DNA of 64,000 bases from Gemmatimonas sp. (GCA_965279375.1 OZ257156.1:672001-736000), one strand, 5' to 3'; numbered from the stretch's first letter, positions 30,747-40,807 are shown. Made by a program: numbers and translations. Notes: generated from the letters alone by a model not told the origin.

Positions 30747-31754
30747 TCAACCCCAGAGCGCGGCCGTGGGCGGCTGCATGACGCCATTCACGCAGGGCAT
30801 GGCGTGCTCACGATCGAGTTTCTGCAGCAGCGGACCATCCAGATCCACGTAACCACACCGCTGCCCAACCAGAAACGCCGGCGCCATTCCTAACGACGTG
30901 CCGCACATGTTGCCGACCATCAGCTCCACGCCAAGCGATTGCGCCTCATCGGACATCGCCAATGCCTCGGTGAGTCCACCGCACTTGTCGAGCTTGATGT
31001 TGAAGAACTGATAGTACTCCGACAGCGAACGCAGCGACGCGCGGTCGGTGCACGATTCATCCGCGGCCAACGGCAGCGGCGATTGCAGCCCGGCCAGTTG
31101 CGCGTCCTCTTTGCGCTTGACCGGCTGCTCCACCATCTCGACGCCCAGCTCCACCAGCTGCGGCAGCACACGCTCCAACAGCTCACGCGTCCACGCCTGA
31201 TTGGCATCGACTGCGATGCGCGCGTGCGGATGCTCCTCGCGCACCCAGCGCACCACGTCCACGTGACGCTCGCCATCGCACTTGAGCTTGAGCAGTGGAT
31301 AGTTGCGTGCCTCGCGCGCCTTGCGACGCGTGTCCGCCTCGCTGCCCAGTCCCAGCGTGAATACCGTCGTCAGCGGCTGAAGCGTCGGCAACCCCGCCGC
31401 CTGCCACACGGGCACGCCGCTTTGCTTGGCCTGCAGATCCCACAGCGCGCAATCGAGCGCGTTGCGCGCGCCTCCCGGAGGCATCATTCGCTGCAACGCC
31501 TCCAGCGTGCTGCGTTGCACGCGACCGTCCGGCAACGCCTGCTGCAGGGCGGGCATGACGGCGTCGATCTGCTGCACCAGCATCGCCGGCGTCTCACCGT
31601 CGTAGTCCACGCCAGCCGCTTCAGCACGACCGACATTGCCCGTCGTGTCGGTGAGCGTCACGTAGATGACCGGGAGCGCGGTGATGACCCCACGCGCAAT
31701 CTCGAACGGCTCGTTCAGCTCCCACTGCTCCACGGTCACGCTGGTCGTGATCAT
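30747..31754 (-). CDS. dgcA: Dipeptide epimerase / N-acetyl-D-Glu racemase (enolase superfamily)
   Basis: ARNALDCALWDL, LKLK, VDANQAW, EQP, ADES, NIKLDKCGGLT, DLDGP; overlaps dgcN stop. Confidence 0.8.
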   Translation of the reverse strand: MITTSVTVEQWELNEPFEIARGVITALPVIYVTLTDTTGNVGRAEAAGVDYDGETPAMLVQQIDAVMPALQQALPDGRVQRSTLEALQRMMPPGGARNALDCALWDLQAKQSGVPVWQAAGLPTLQPLTTVFTLGLGSEADTRRKAREARNYPLLKLKCDGERHVDVVRWVREEHPHARIAVDANQAWTRELLERVLPQLVELGVEMVEQPVKRKEDAQLAGLQSPLPLAADESCTDRASLRSLSEYYQFFNIKLDKCGGLTEALAMSDEAQSLGVELMVGNMCGTSLGMAPAFLVGQRCGYVDLDGPLLQKLDREHAMPCVNGVMQPPTAALWG

Positions 31755-32773
31755 GCGTGGTGCCCTTCGCCGCTAAGTACACCCTGCGCGATGGCGTCCA
31801 CACCGCCGCGCATGGGATCGCACACCGGCAGCCCCAGTTCGCTCGAAACACGCGCGGCATACGCCTGCCACTCCGCGTCTGACAGCTTGGACGAATTGAT
31901 GCTCACGCCCACGCAACGGATAGCGCGGTTGGTGATGCGTCCCGCCACCGTGTACTGCGCGATCGCGTCGGCCAGCGACGGCAACGGATGGTTGGGGTAG
32001 CCTTCTATGTGCGTGCGAGACGGATCATGACAGAGTACGAACGCATCGGGTTGCGAGCCGTGCAGCAAGCCGAGCGTGACGCCCGCATATGCCGGATGAA
32101 ACAGGGATCCCTGCCCCTCGATCACGTCCCAATGATCGGGTGCGTTGTCCGGCGAGAGCTGCTCCGCCGCACCCGCGACGAAGTCCGCCACCACCGCATC
32201 GATGGCAACGCCCTCGCCGGCGATCATGATGCCCGTCTGCCCTGTGGCGCGAAACGTCGCCTTCGCGCCCTGCGCACGGAGCGCATTCGTGAGCGCGAGC
32301 GCCGTGTACTTCTTTCCCAATGCGCAGTCGGTGCCCACGGTGGCCACACGCATGCCGCTGCGCTTGCGCCCGGTGCCGCACGGAAACACCACGTCGCTGT
32401 GCCGCACGTCGTGCAGATGCACACCGTGCTCCTCAGCCGCACGTACCAGCGCTGGAAACGAGGTGAGGCGCGTGTGCATGCCACTCACCACATCCATCCC
32501 CGCGCCAATTGCCGCAAGCAGATCGGGAAGCCAGTCGGCGGGCAGCTTTCCGCCCACCGCCGCGATCCCGACGACGATGCTGCCGGCGCCCTGTGCCGCT
32601 GCCCGCGCCGGCGACAGTCGCGGCACACCGACGCTCAGCGACGTGCTGGGCAAACTCCACTCGCCCAGCACGTCATCGCGACACCAGTCGCGCAGGCCGC
32701 ACGCGGTCTTGGCGTCGCCGATGTCCTGCGCGCCGCCGAGGTACAGCAGGTACGGCTTCCTGAGCTGATGCAT
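31751..32773 (-). CDS. dgcN: DUF1611 / DgcN-like D-glutamate N-acetyltransferase
   Basis: KPYLLYLG..AKTA.G..DW, VGTDCALGKKYT, RATGQTGI, EGQGSLFHPAY, LLHGSQPD. Confidence 0.85.
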   Translation of the reverse strand: MHQLRKPYLLYLGGAQDIGDAKTACGLRDWCRDDVLGEWSLPSTSLSVGVPRLSPARAAAQGAGSIVVGIAAVGGKLPADWLPDLLAAIGAGMDVVSGMHTRLTSFPALVRAAEEHGVHLHDVRHSDVVFPCGTGRKRSGMRVATVGTDCALGKKYTALALTNALRAQGAKATFRATGQTGIMIAGEGVAIDAVVADFVAGAAEQLSPDNAPDHWDVIEGQGSLFHPAYAGVTLGLLHGSQPDAFVLCHDPSRTHIEGYPNHPLPSLADAIAQYTVAGRITNRAIRCVGVSINSSKLSDAEWQAYAARVSSELGLPVCDPMRGGVDAIAQGVLSGEGHHA

Positions 32774-32778
32774 GCGAG

Positions 32779-34917
32779 TTACTGGACCGTCTTGGTGCCG
32801 AGCGTGAAGCGCGCAATCCACTCGTACTCGCGCTTCATGCGATCCATCTGGTGATAGTACTCGCTGAAGCCGTGGCCTTCGCGCGGATAGAAGACGAGTT
32901 CCGTCGTCTTGCCGCGATTCTTGAGCGCGCGGTAGAACTCCATCGGCTGGCCGATCGGTACGCGCTCGTCGTTGCCACCATGCAGGATGAGCAGCGGCGT
33001 GGTCACCTTGTCGCTGTAGCTGATGGCGGAGCGCTCGAGCATGAACTTCATCTGCGGATTCATGATGGAGCCGTCGTACTGCGGATTGCCGTTGAAGAAG
33101 GTGTCGATGTAGCCCGGAATGTCCGTCGTACCCGCCATCGAGAGCAGCGAGGGCAATCCGGCACCCATCATCGCCGCCTTGAAGCGTCCCGTCTGCGACA
33201 CCACCCACGACGTCATGTAGCCGCCGTAGCTCCATCCTTCGAACGCCATGCGCGTGGAGTCCACAATGCCGCGCGCAATCAACGCATCGACGCCCGTCAT
33301 GATGTCGCGATAGTCACCGCCGCCCCAATCAGGGATGTTGCCACGCATCCACTTCTCGCCGTAGCCTGTCGACCCGCGGGGATTGGGATAGAGCACCGCC
33401 CACCCCTGCGCGGCCCAGGTCTGTCCGGGATCGGTGCCGCCCTTGAAGCCGTTCACGTGCGCGCCCGTGGGGCCGCCGTGCGCCGATACGATCAGCGGAA
33501 CCTTGGTGCCCGCCGTCCAACCCACCGGCTTGAGCAGCACGCCTTCCACCGTCGCGCCGTCCTTGCTCTTCCACGTGATGACTTCCGACGCGCCTAACGC
33601 CACGTCGCTGAGCCACGCATTGGACGTCGTGATGCGCTTTGGCGAGGGAATCGACGCATCCTGCACATAGATCTCACTCGGCAGATCCGGCGTGTTGAAC
33701 ACGAACGCCATTCGCGAACCATCCTTGCTCGCAGAGACGCCGGCAACCAGCACGTCCTTCGTCACCTTGCTGTAGCTCTTGGTGGCGATCGTGTAGTCGT
33801 ACAGCGACTGGTAGACGCGATCGCTCGCACTGAACCAGAGATGCTTGCCGTCAGGCGACCAGCGCGGCGCACCAGCGCTCACATCGAACGTCGGCGTGGC
33901 ATGATCCGTCAGCGCGCGCGACGCCACATCCCACGTGACCAGATGCGCGTTGCGAATCGTGCGCGGCATGATGCCGTCCTTGTAGGCCTTCCACTCCTGC
34001 GCGTTGAGCGTGAAGGCCAGTGTGCGACCATCCGGCGAAAAGGCCGGCGTGCTCTCCACTTCACCGGGGATGTTCAGCGCATCGAGCGCCTTGCTGGCGA
34101 CATCGACGACATACGCGCCGCGCCGTTCGTCGCGAATGAGCGTGGTGGGCGATGCGTCGAATGCCAGCTTGCTGCCATCGGGGGACCATGACGGCGCGCC
34201 GCGCACTGTGTAGGCGCCGCTGGTGATCTTGGTGGCCTTCTTCGTGTCCACGTCCACCACCCAGAGGTGGTTCATGCGCAGATCGCCTTCGTACACCTTG
34301 GGATCGTCACGGCGACGCAGTTTCGCTTCGGCGTCGCGCGTGAGCGTGTCCGGCGTGAGATAGGCAATGCGCTTGCCGTCGGGCGACCAGCTGTAGGCGA
34401 CGATGCCATCGCGCGCGCTCGTGAGCTGCGTGCCTTCACCGCCATCCGATGCCAGCAGCCAGATCTGCGGGCGCGGCCCGTCTTCACCGGTGGCCGTGCC
34501 GCGTGCGCTCACGAACGAGATCATGGAGCCTTCTGGCGACCACTGCGGCTGCGATTCACCGCGTTCGCTCGAGGTGAGCTGGCGCGCGTTGCCGCCCGCG
34601 TACGGTACGATCCACACATGCGATCGACGGTCATGCTTGTCGCCCAGCGCGGTGTCGCCCTTGGCGTTGGCATGTTCCCACGCCGAGATCGTGTAGAGCA
34701 CCCGCGCGCCATCGGGAGAAAGCGCCACGCCTCCCACAGCGCGCACGCGCATGATGTCGTCGGCGGTCATGCCGCGTTTGCCCTGTGCGAGCGCGAGCGA
34801 GGGAAACGCGATCGCCGCCGTGCCCATCAGCGTCAGTCGAGCGCGCGACAGAGAGCAACGGAGCTGGTGACCGCCGTGGAGGGACGCGAGACGGTGCCGC
34901 TGGAGCAGGGTGCGCAT
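32779..34917 (-). CDS. Secreted S9-family peptidase (acylaminoacyl-peptidase-like)
   Basis: PD40-like WSPDG repeats; HGGP, GWSYGG, D.RVP, YPREGH. Confidence 0.93.
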   Translation of the reverse strand: MRTLLQRHRLASLHGGHQLRCSLSRARLTLMGTAAIAFPSLALAQGKRGMTADDIMRVRAVGGVALSPDGARVLYTISAWEHANAKGDTALGDKHDRRSHVWIVPYAGGNARQLTSSERGESQPQWSPEGSMISFVSARGTATGEDGPRPQIWLLASDGGEGTQLTSARDGIVAYSWSPDGKRIAYLTPDTLTRDAEAKLRRRDDPKVYEGDLRMNHLWVVDVDTKKATKITSGAYTVRGAPSWSPDGSKLAFDASPTTLIRDERRGAYVVDVASKALDALNIPGEVESTPAFSPDGRTLAFTLNAQEWKAYKDGIMPRTIRNAHLVTWDVASRALTDHATPTFDVSAGAPRWSPDGKHLWFSASDRVYQSLYDYTIATKSYSKVTKDVLVAGVSASKDGSRMAFVFNTPDLPSEIYVQDASIPSPKRITTSNAWLSDVALGASEVITWKSKDGATVEGVLLKPVGWTAGTKVPLIVSAHGGPTGAHVNGFKGGTDPGQTWAAQGWAVLYPNPRGSTGYGEKWMRGNIPDWGGGDYRDIMTGVDALIARGIVDSTRMAFEGWSYGGYMTSWVVSQTGRFKAAMMGAGLPSLLSMAGTTDIPGYIDTFFNGNPQYDGSIMNPQMKFMLERSAISYSDKVTTPLLILHGGNDERVPIGQPMEFYRALKNRGKTTELVFYPREGHGFSEYYHQMDRMKREYEWIARFTLGTKTVQ

Positions 34918-35069
34918 GGATCGATCTCCGGAAAGGTGAACTGCCCGAATATGCGCCCTGTTGGCGGCCGAGTCCAAGCGGTGGATCGCCGAGGGGTGGA
35001 TCGCCGCGCGGACTTTGAGTCCGGGCGTAGATTGTGCGCGATGAACTCCTCTCGACTGGGTGCGCGGCG

Positions 35070-36314
35070 ATGACGTCGCTCTTTGGCTGGTGGCAAGCGG
35101 GCGATGCGCGGGCCAAGCGGGCACTGATCGCGGCCGCGGCGGGCTGGATGCTCGACGCATTCGACGTCATGCTCTACGCGCTCGTGATCCCGGCCGTCAT
35201 CAAGGAGTTTGGGCTCACCAAAGGCGAGGCGGGCATACTGGGTTCGGTCACGCTGCTCGCCGCGGCGGGCGGTGGGATCGCCTTTGGCTTCGTCTCCGAT
35301 CGATTTGGACGTACGCGTGCCCTGATGGGCAGTGTACTCATCTACTCGGTCGCGACCGCCCTCTGTGGCCTGTCGCAGAACCTCACGCAGCTGCTGATCT
35401 TCCGCACGCTGCTCGGCATCGGCATGGGCGGCGAGTGGGCGAGCGGCGCGGCCCTGGTCAGCGAAAGCTGGCCCGATGCGCACCGCGGCAAGGCACTCGG
35501 CTTCATGCAGAGTGCGTGGGCGATCGGCTACGGCTTGGCGGCGTTGGTGGTGGCGATCGTGCTGCCCAACTTCGGCTGGCGGGCGGTGTTTTTTGTGGGG
35601 CTGCTGCCAGCTGGGCTGGTGGTCTGGGTGCGACGCAGCGTGGAAGAGTCACCGTTGTGGACCGCTCAGCAACGCCTGAAGGCCACCGCGCCCAGTGCGC
35701 CCAAGGCGAGCCTCGCCGACGCGTTCAAGGGACCACTCGGCCGCATCACCATTGCCGTCACGGCGATGAACGCGTGCACCCTGTTCGGGTGGTGGGGGCT
35801 CAACACGTGGATCCCGTCGTACCTGTCGTTGCCAGAGGCGCAGGGCGGCATCGGCTTCACTCCCACGGTGATGTCGGGATTGGTGATCGCGATGCAGGTG
35901 GGAATGTGGCTGGGCTACGTGACGTTTGGATTCGTCAGCGATGCGATGGGTCGCAAGCGCACGTACATCACCTATCTGCTGATGGCGAGCGTCTTGTTGC
36001 CGCTGTACGGCATCACGCACTCGCCGTGGTTGCTGCTGGCGTTGGGGCCACTCGTCGCGTTCTTCGGCACGGGCTACTACAGCGGCTTCGGTGCGCTCAC
36101 GGCCGAGCTGTATCCCACGGCCATTCGTGGCGCGGCGCAGGGGTTCACGTACAATCTCGGGCGCATCGCGAGTGCCGCCGCGCCGTTCACCGTGGGTTCG
36201 ATGGCCGCGTCACGCGGATTTGCCGCGGCGTTTGCGGTGACTGGGGCCGCGTTTCTCTTGGCCGCGACGGCCTGGCGTTGGATCCCCGAAACGAAAGGAC
36301 GAACGCTCAGTTAG
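35070..36314 (+). CDS. MFS transporter
   Basis: GWMLDAFD, SDRFGR, GMGGEW, ELYPTAIRG, PETKG. Confidence 0.93.
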   Translation: MTSLFGWWQAGDARAKRALIAAAAGWMLDAFDVMLYALVIPAVIKEFGLTKGEAGILGSVTLLAAAGGGIAFGFVSDRFGRTRALMGSVLIYSVATALCGLSQNLTQLLIFRTLLGIGMGGEWASGAALVSESWPDAHRGKALGFMQSAWAIGYGLAALVVAIVLPNFGWRAVFFVGLLPAGLVVWVRRSVEESPLWTAQQRLKATAPSAPKASLADAFKGPLGRITIAVTAMNACTLFGWWGLNTWIPSYLSLPEAQGGIGFTPTVMSGLVIAMQVGMWLGYVTFGFVSDAMGRKRTYITYLLMASVLLPLYGITHSPWLLLALGPLVAFFGTGYYSGFGALTAELYPTAIRGAAQGFTYNLGRIASAAAPFTVGSMAASRGFAAAFAVTGAAFLLAATAWRWIPETKGRTLS

Positions 36315-36333
36315 GCCCGAGCGTTCGTCCTTT
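36294..36333. terminator. 15-bp perfect inverted repeat between convergent MFS and ggt genes
   Basis: AAAGGACGAACGCTC-N10-GAGCGTTCGTCCTTT. Confidence 0.65.
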
Positions 36334-36371
36334 GCTGCGCTGCTGACGTGCCCGCAGTCGACTGGCGTGAG

Positions 36372-38048
36372 TCAGTACCCGACGGCCATCCCGTCTTTGC
36401 GCGGATCACTGCCGGCCGCGTAGCCCTTGGCGAGACGCACGATCGCCTGCGCACCACCGAATGAGACCGGCCCTTCGGGGACGAGCACGTGACCCATGGC
36501 CATGAGTGCATCGCGTACACCATCGCCGACCGGCGTTTCGATCGCGACGCGCTGTCCGTCCAGATGACGAAAGCGTGCCGCATCGATGGACTGCTGCACG
36601 TCCATGCCGAACACGAGATGATTGAGCACGAACTGCACGTGCCCTTGCGCCTGCATGCCGCCGCCCATCAGTCCAAAGCTCATGTACGGCTGTTCCTTGC
36701 CATTCTCCCGACGCGTGATGAACGCGGGAATGAGCGTGTGAAACGGACGCTTCCCCGCAGCCGCCGTGTTGGGCAGGTCCGCCGTGAGTGAGAAGCTGGC
36801 GCCGCGATTGTGCAACGCGAATCCGGTCCCGGGTACGACGATGCCCGAACCAAACGCGTCGTAGTTGGAGTTGATCAGCGACACCATGTTCCCTTCAGCG
36901 TCGGCCACGGTCAGGTAGATCGTCTCGCTCGCCGTGCGCAGCGGACCGGGCTCCACGCGCGCCTGCGCCTTGGCGGGGTCCAAATGGCTGCGCCGCTCGT
37001 TGATGAACGCGTCCATCAGCATGCGATCGGCCGGCATCGCCAGATGATCGGCATCGCCCACGAATCGATCGAGATCGGCGTAGGCGAGCTTCTTGGCTTC
37101 GATGAGATGGTGCAGATACGCCGCCGAGTTGTGCCCCATGCCCTTGAGATCATAGGGCTCGAGGATGCGGAGCATTTCGAGCGCGGCGATCCCCTGATTG
37201 TTGGGCGGCAACTCCCACACCCGATAGCCCTGAAACGGAACCGACAGCGGCGTCACCCAATTGGGCGAGTTCTTGCGCATGTCATCCAGGGTGATGAACC
37301 CATCGAGCGCCTTGAGTCGCGCGACGATGCGCTGTCCGATCACACCGCCGTAGAATGCGCCCACCCCCTCGGTGGTGATGGTCTGCAGCGTGCGAGCGTA
37401 GTCGGGGTTGCGGAACCATTCGCCCGCCTTTGGCGCGCGGCCGCCGGGTAAGAATGTCGCGGCCGCCGCTGAGTCCTTCTTGAGCAACGCCGTTTCGTCC
37501 GCCCACTGCGACGCGATGATCGGCGTGACCGGGAAGCCATCGCGGGCGTACCGAATGGCCGGCTGCAGGGCATCGCCCAACGTGCGCTTGCCGTACTTGC
37601 GGATCAGCATTTCCCAGCCGGCCAGCGCGCCCGGCACCGTCACCGACATCACGCCCTGCTGCGATCCGGAGCGAAAGCCGCGCGCCGACAGCTTGTCACG
37701 CGTGAGCAGCGAGCCCGCGCGGCCGCTGGCGTTGAGCGCCACCAGCTTCTGCTCCTTGGCCAGCCAGACGATGGCGAACATGTCGCCGCCGATGCCGGTC
37801 ATATGCGGCTCGGTCACGCTCAGCACCGCCGCGGCCGCGATGGCCGCATCGATCGCGTTGCCGCCGATGCGCAGCACCTCCAGCCCCGCACTCGACGCCA
37901 GCGGTTGACTGGTCGCGACCATGCCGCTGGGCGCATAAACCGTCGAGCGTCCCGCCATGGTGGTCGCGCGTTGCGATTGCGCGTGCGAAGGGATCAGCAT
38001 CGCCACAGTGATCGTAGCGACAGCAGTGGAGAACGAAACACGGGACAT
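36372..38048 (-). CDS. ggt: Gamma-glutamyltransferase
   Basis: GGNAIDAAIA, TGIGGD, SE/TIYLTVAD nucleophile Thr, RPFHTLIP, GSDPRKDG; signal peptide. Confidence 0.95.
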   Translation of the reverse strand: MSRVSFSTAVATITVAMLIPSHAQSQRATTMAGRSTVYAPSGMVATSQPLASSAGLEVLRIGGNAIDAAIAAAAVLSVTEPHMTGIGGDMFAIVWLAKEQKLVALNASGRAGSLLTRDKLSARGFRSGSQQGVMSVTVPGALAGWEMLIRKYGKRTLGDALQPAIRYARDGFPVTPIIASQWADETALLKKDSAAAATFLPGGRAPKAGEWFRNPDYARTLQTITTEGVGAFYGGVIGQRIVARLKALDGFITLDDMRKNSPNWVTPLSVPFQGYRVWELPPNNQGIAALEMLRILEPYDLKGMGHNSAAYLHHLIEAKKLAYADLDRFVGDADHLAMPADRMLMDAFINERRSHLDPAKAQARVEPGPLRTASETIYLTVADAEGNMVSLINSNYDAFGSGIVVPGTGFALHNRGASFSLTADLPNTAAAGKRPFHTLIPAFITRRENGKEQPYMSFGLMGGGMQAQGHVQFVLNHLVFGMDVQQSIDAARFRHLDGQRVAIETPVGDGVRDALMAMGHVLVPEGPVSFGGAQAIVRLAKGYAAGSDPRKDGMAVGY

Positions 38049-38193
38049 CGAGACTCCGAACGGAAAGCCAGCGAAGAAACAACCAAGAACTGACCGAGGA
38101 TCAGCAGGCGCTCGACACACTGCACGCCCTATCGCGGATAGGTTGCGGCGTGGGGCGACACTCGGCAAGTCGGAGGGGCCTCGGCGCGCTCCG

Positions 38194-39303
38194 TTAGATC
38201 AGCACGGCGTCCACGCTCCGTCGCAACGATTGTGGCCGTACGGGGCCGCGCCCGAATCGGACGATCAAATCAGGTCGCTGACCGCTGATGCCCATCGACG
38301 CGGCGAACGGCTCACGGAGCGCCAGGACCTCCAACGGCTGGTTCAACATGGCGACACGAATTCCAAGCGCAGTGCATTGCAAGGCAAATCGCTCATAGCA
38401 GCGGCCAACCTCGATCCAGTGCGCTACGTCGGCCACCTCGGACACAAAGACAGCGATGCCCGCAGAGCTTCGGATCTGTGCCGCGTAGCGGTCGTTGTCC
38501 TTCGCGGGCCGCATCGACAGGTCAAAGAGCAACGGCCCAAGCCACGAGGGGACACTCGGATTTCCGGACGAACCCGCGTACAGTCCGTCGCCCGTGCGAA
38601 TCGCGTCGTCGCGGTTGAAACGAATCCACCGTTTGAGCTCGTCCACGAAGCGATCATCACCCAACTGCGCGCTGTTTCCGGCAGCCACCTGCTCCAGTAT
38701 GCGTTCCATTCCTGGCGTGTCGGTGACCATCCGGACGCGCACGCCCGCACCAGTGACTGCTTGCTCGAGTTGCGCGAGCTCGTGTAGTGGTACCGACTGC
38801 CCGTCGAAGAGTCCGCGCGTGTGCTGTCGGTTTGGAATGGCCTTATAGAGGACGGACGCAACGGCCGCCGTGGGCGTCAGCGTGATGCGTACGCTCTGGC
38901 TCGATCCATCGTACTGCACCTCCGCCTGACGTCCGAACGCCAATGCCGCCTGCACCAGATTCTCAGTGGCGCATCCAAGCGACACGAACAGATGGTGATC
39001 GTCCGGATCGACCACAGGACAGCGCCGAGCGAGATCGGGCGCGATGGTGATCGCGCGACCAACGGGGTCACTGTGGAACAGCCAGCACTGTGTGTTGTGA
39101 CTGGACGGCGCCAGCGTGGCGCACCGAATCAACTCGCGGTACAGCGCCGAGTCGCCGACCGGTGCGGCGTTGGACAAACGCCACGTCGCGCGCGTCGCGG
39201 TGGCATAGCGGTCGATGCTCGCCTGCGATGCACAGCCTTGCAGTGCGGGGAGTGCGCCCACGGTCGTACCGGCCGCAACCACGAATTGGCGTCGAGAAAG
39301 CAT
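38194..39303 (-). CDS. Acg-like FMN nitroreductase family protein with Tat-like signal
   Basis: SRRQFV; ATLAPSSHNTQCW, SLGCATENL, VGRCYERFAL, RFGRGP. Confidence 0.85.
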   Translation of the reverse strand: MLSRRQFVVAAGTTVGALPALQGCASQASIDRYATATRATWRLSNAAPVGDSALYRELIRCATLAPSSHNTQCWLFHSDPVGRAITIAPDLARRCPVVDPDDHHLFVSLGCATENLVQAALAFGRQAEVQYDGSSQSVRITLTPTAAVASVLYKAIPNRQHTRGLFDGQSVPLHELAQLEQAVTGAGVRVRMVTDTPGMERILEQVAAGNSAQLGDDRFVDELKRWIRFNRDDAIRTGDGLYAGSSGNPSVPSWLGPLLFDLSMRPAKDNDRYAAQIRSSAGIAVFVSEVADVAHWIEVGRCYERFALQCTALGIRVAMLNQPLEVLALREPFAASMGISGQRPDLIVRFGRGPVRPQSLRRSVDAVLI

Positions 39304-39522
39304 GGATCGGCTCCGAAATCGAGGCACGGACTGAACGCGTCATATCGTCAATACTGCAAGTCGAAGTCCAGCGCGGTTGGCTTCGCGGTAACGAACCCGC
39401 ACTCCGCCAACCTCGACTGAGAGGCCGCGTTGGGCACGATTCCGGCAGTGAGTCTGTCTGCGCGCCGTTTCACGCGCACCGCATGCTGCGTGACGCCTCC
39501 TTCACTCGCACCGGAACGTCTG

Positions 39523-40293
39523 ATGCTCAACAGAGCCAACGAACTCAAAGGGTACGCACTGCACGGCCTCGACGGTGACATCGGGCGAGTCCTCGAGTTC
39601 CTCTTCGACGACAAGTACTGGACGGTTCGCTACTTGAGTGCGGAGACCGGCAAGTGGATTCCCAATCGGCAGGTGCTCATTTCGCCGTACGCACTGGGCG
39701 CGGTGCATGCCGAAGCGCGGACGATCGGCGTATCGCTGACGAAGCAGCATATCCTCGACAGTCCGCCGCTCAGCAGCGACGAGCCCGTCTCCCGCCAGTA
39801 CGAAGAATCATTCTATGGGTACTACCAGTATCCGATGTACTTCGGTGGTGGCAACATGTGGGGCGCGTACCCCTACATCGCCCGGGATCGCGACAGCTGG
39901 AAGAACACCGACCCAGCGGCCAAGCACTGGGATGCGCACCTGCGGAGCACGACGGTCGTCACAGGTTACCACGTGCAGGCCACCGACGACGAAATCGGCC
40001 ACGTGAAGGACTTCATCATCGATGATGACACGTGGGCCATTCGGTATCTCGTGGTCGACACTCGCAACTGGTGGCCAGGCAAGATGGTCCTCGTCGCGCC
40101 GCACTGGATCGATCGGGTGAGCTGGACCGACTCCAAGGTGTTCGCATCGGTCACACGCGACCAGATCAAGAATGCTCCGGAGTACACCGATGGCACCGTG
40201 ATCACGCGCGAGTACGAAGAGCGACTGCACGAGCACTACCGGCAGACTGGCTATTGGATGGACGAGTCGGTGGCGGTGACGCATGCGTCGTAA
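39523..40293 (+). CDS. Tandem PRC-barrel domain protein
   Basis: Two repeats: DGDIGRV..DDKYWTVRYL and DDEIGHV..DDDTWAIRYLVVDT. Confidence 0.9.
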   Translation: MLNRANELKGYALHGLDGDIGRVLEFLFDDKYWTVRYLSAETGKWIPNRQVLISPYALGAVHAEARTIGVSLTKQHILDSPPLSSDEPVSRQYEESFYGYYQYPMYFGGGNMWGAYPYIARDRDSWKNTDPAAKHWDAHLRSTTVVTGYHVQATDDEIGHVKDFIIDDDTWAIRYLVVDTRNWWPGKMVLVAPHWIDRVSWTDSKVFASVTRDQIKNAPEYTDGTVITREYEERLHEHYRQTGYWMDESVAVTHAS

Positions 40294-40329
40294 CGACGAG
40301 TCCGCGCGAGACGCCTCCGGAGCAACCGC

Positions 40330-40665
40330 ATGAAGGTCCTGCTGAACACCGACCGGAACATTGATGGCGGCGAGGCGCTGGCGCTCCGCGTGCGGGTCGA
40401 CGTGGAAGTGGCGCTGGCGCATTTCAGCGAGCGCATCTCTCGCGTCGAGGTGCATGTGAGCGACGAGAATGGCACGAAACGCGGGCAGGAGGACAAGCGC
40501 TGCGTGATGGAGGCTCGCCTCGAAGGGCGTTCGCCGGTCGCGGTCACCAGCCACGCCGCGACGGTCGACCTCGCGGTGCACAGCGCCGCTGCCAAACTCT
40601 CGCGACTGATCGATCACACCCTCGGCAGTGAACAGCAACCGCATCGCGTCCACCGGGACGACTAG
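40330..40665 (+). CDS. HPF/RaiA-family ribosome-associated protein
   Basis: ERISRVEVHVSDENG..DKRCVMEARLEG..AVT. Confidence 0.85.
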   Translation: MKVLLNTDRNIDGGEALALRVRVDVEVALAHFSERISRVEVHVSDENGTKRGQEDKRCVMEARLEGRSPVAVTSHAATVDLAVHSAAAKLSRLIDHTLGSEQQPHRVHRDD

Positions 40666-40807
40666 TCACCGCACGGCGGCGTCCGTCATGATTTCCTAAT
40701 CCGGCGCTCATCGACCGCTAACACAATCGAACAACTGACGCCGTATCGTCGAGCTGTCAACACGAGAAGCCTCCGGGACACCACACCCGCTCTCGATACG
40801 GTACGTC

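Noticed and set aside
31751..33235. 494-aa version of the DUF1611 ORF
   Set aside because: The first 154 codons are an off-frame overlap with the S9 peptidase; the family-like start is MHQLRKPYLL at 32773.
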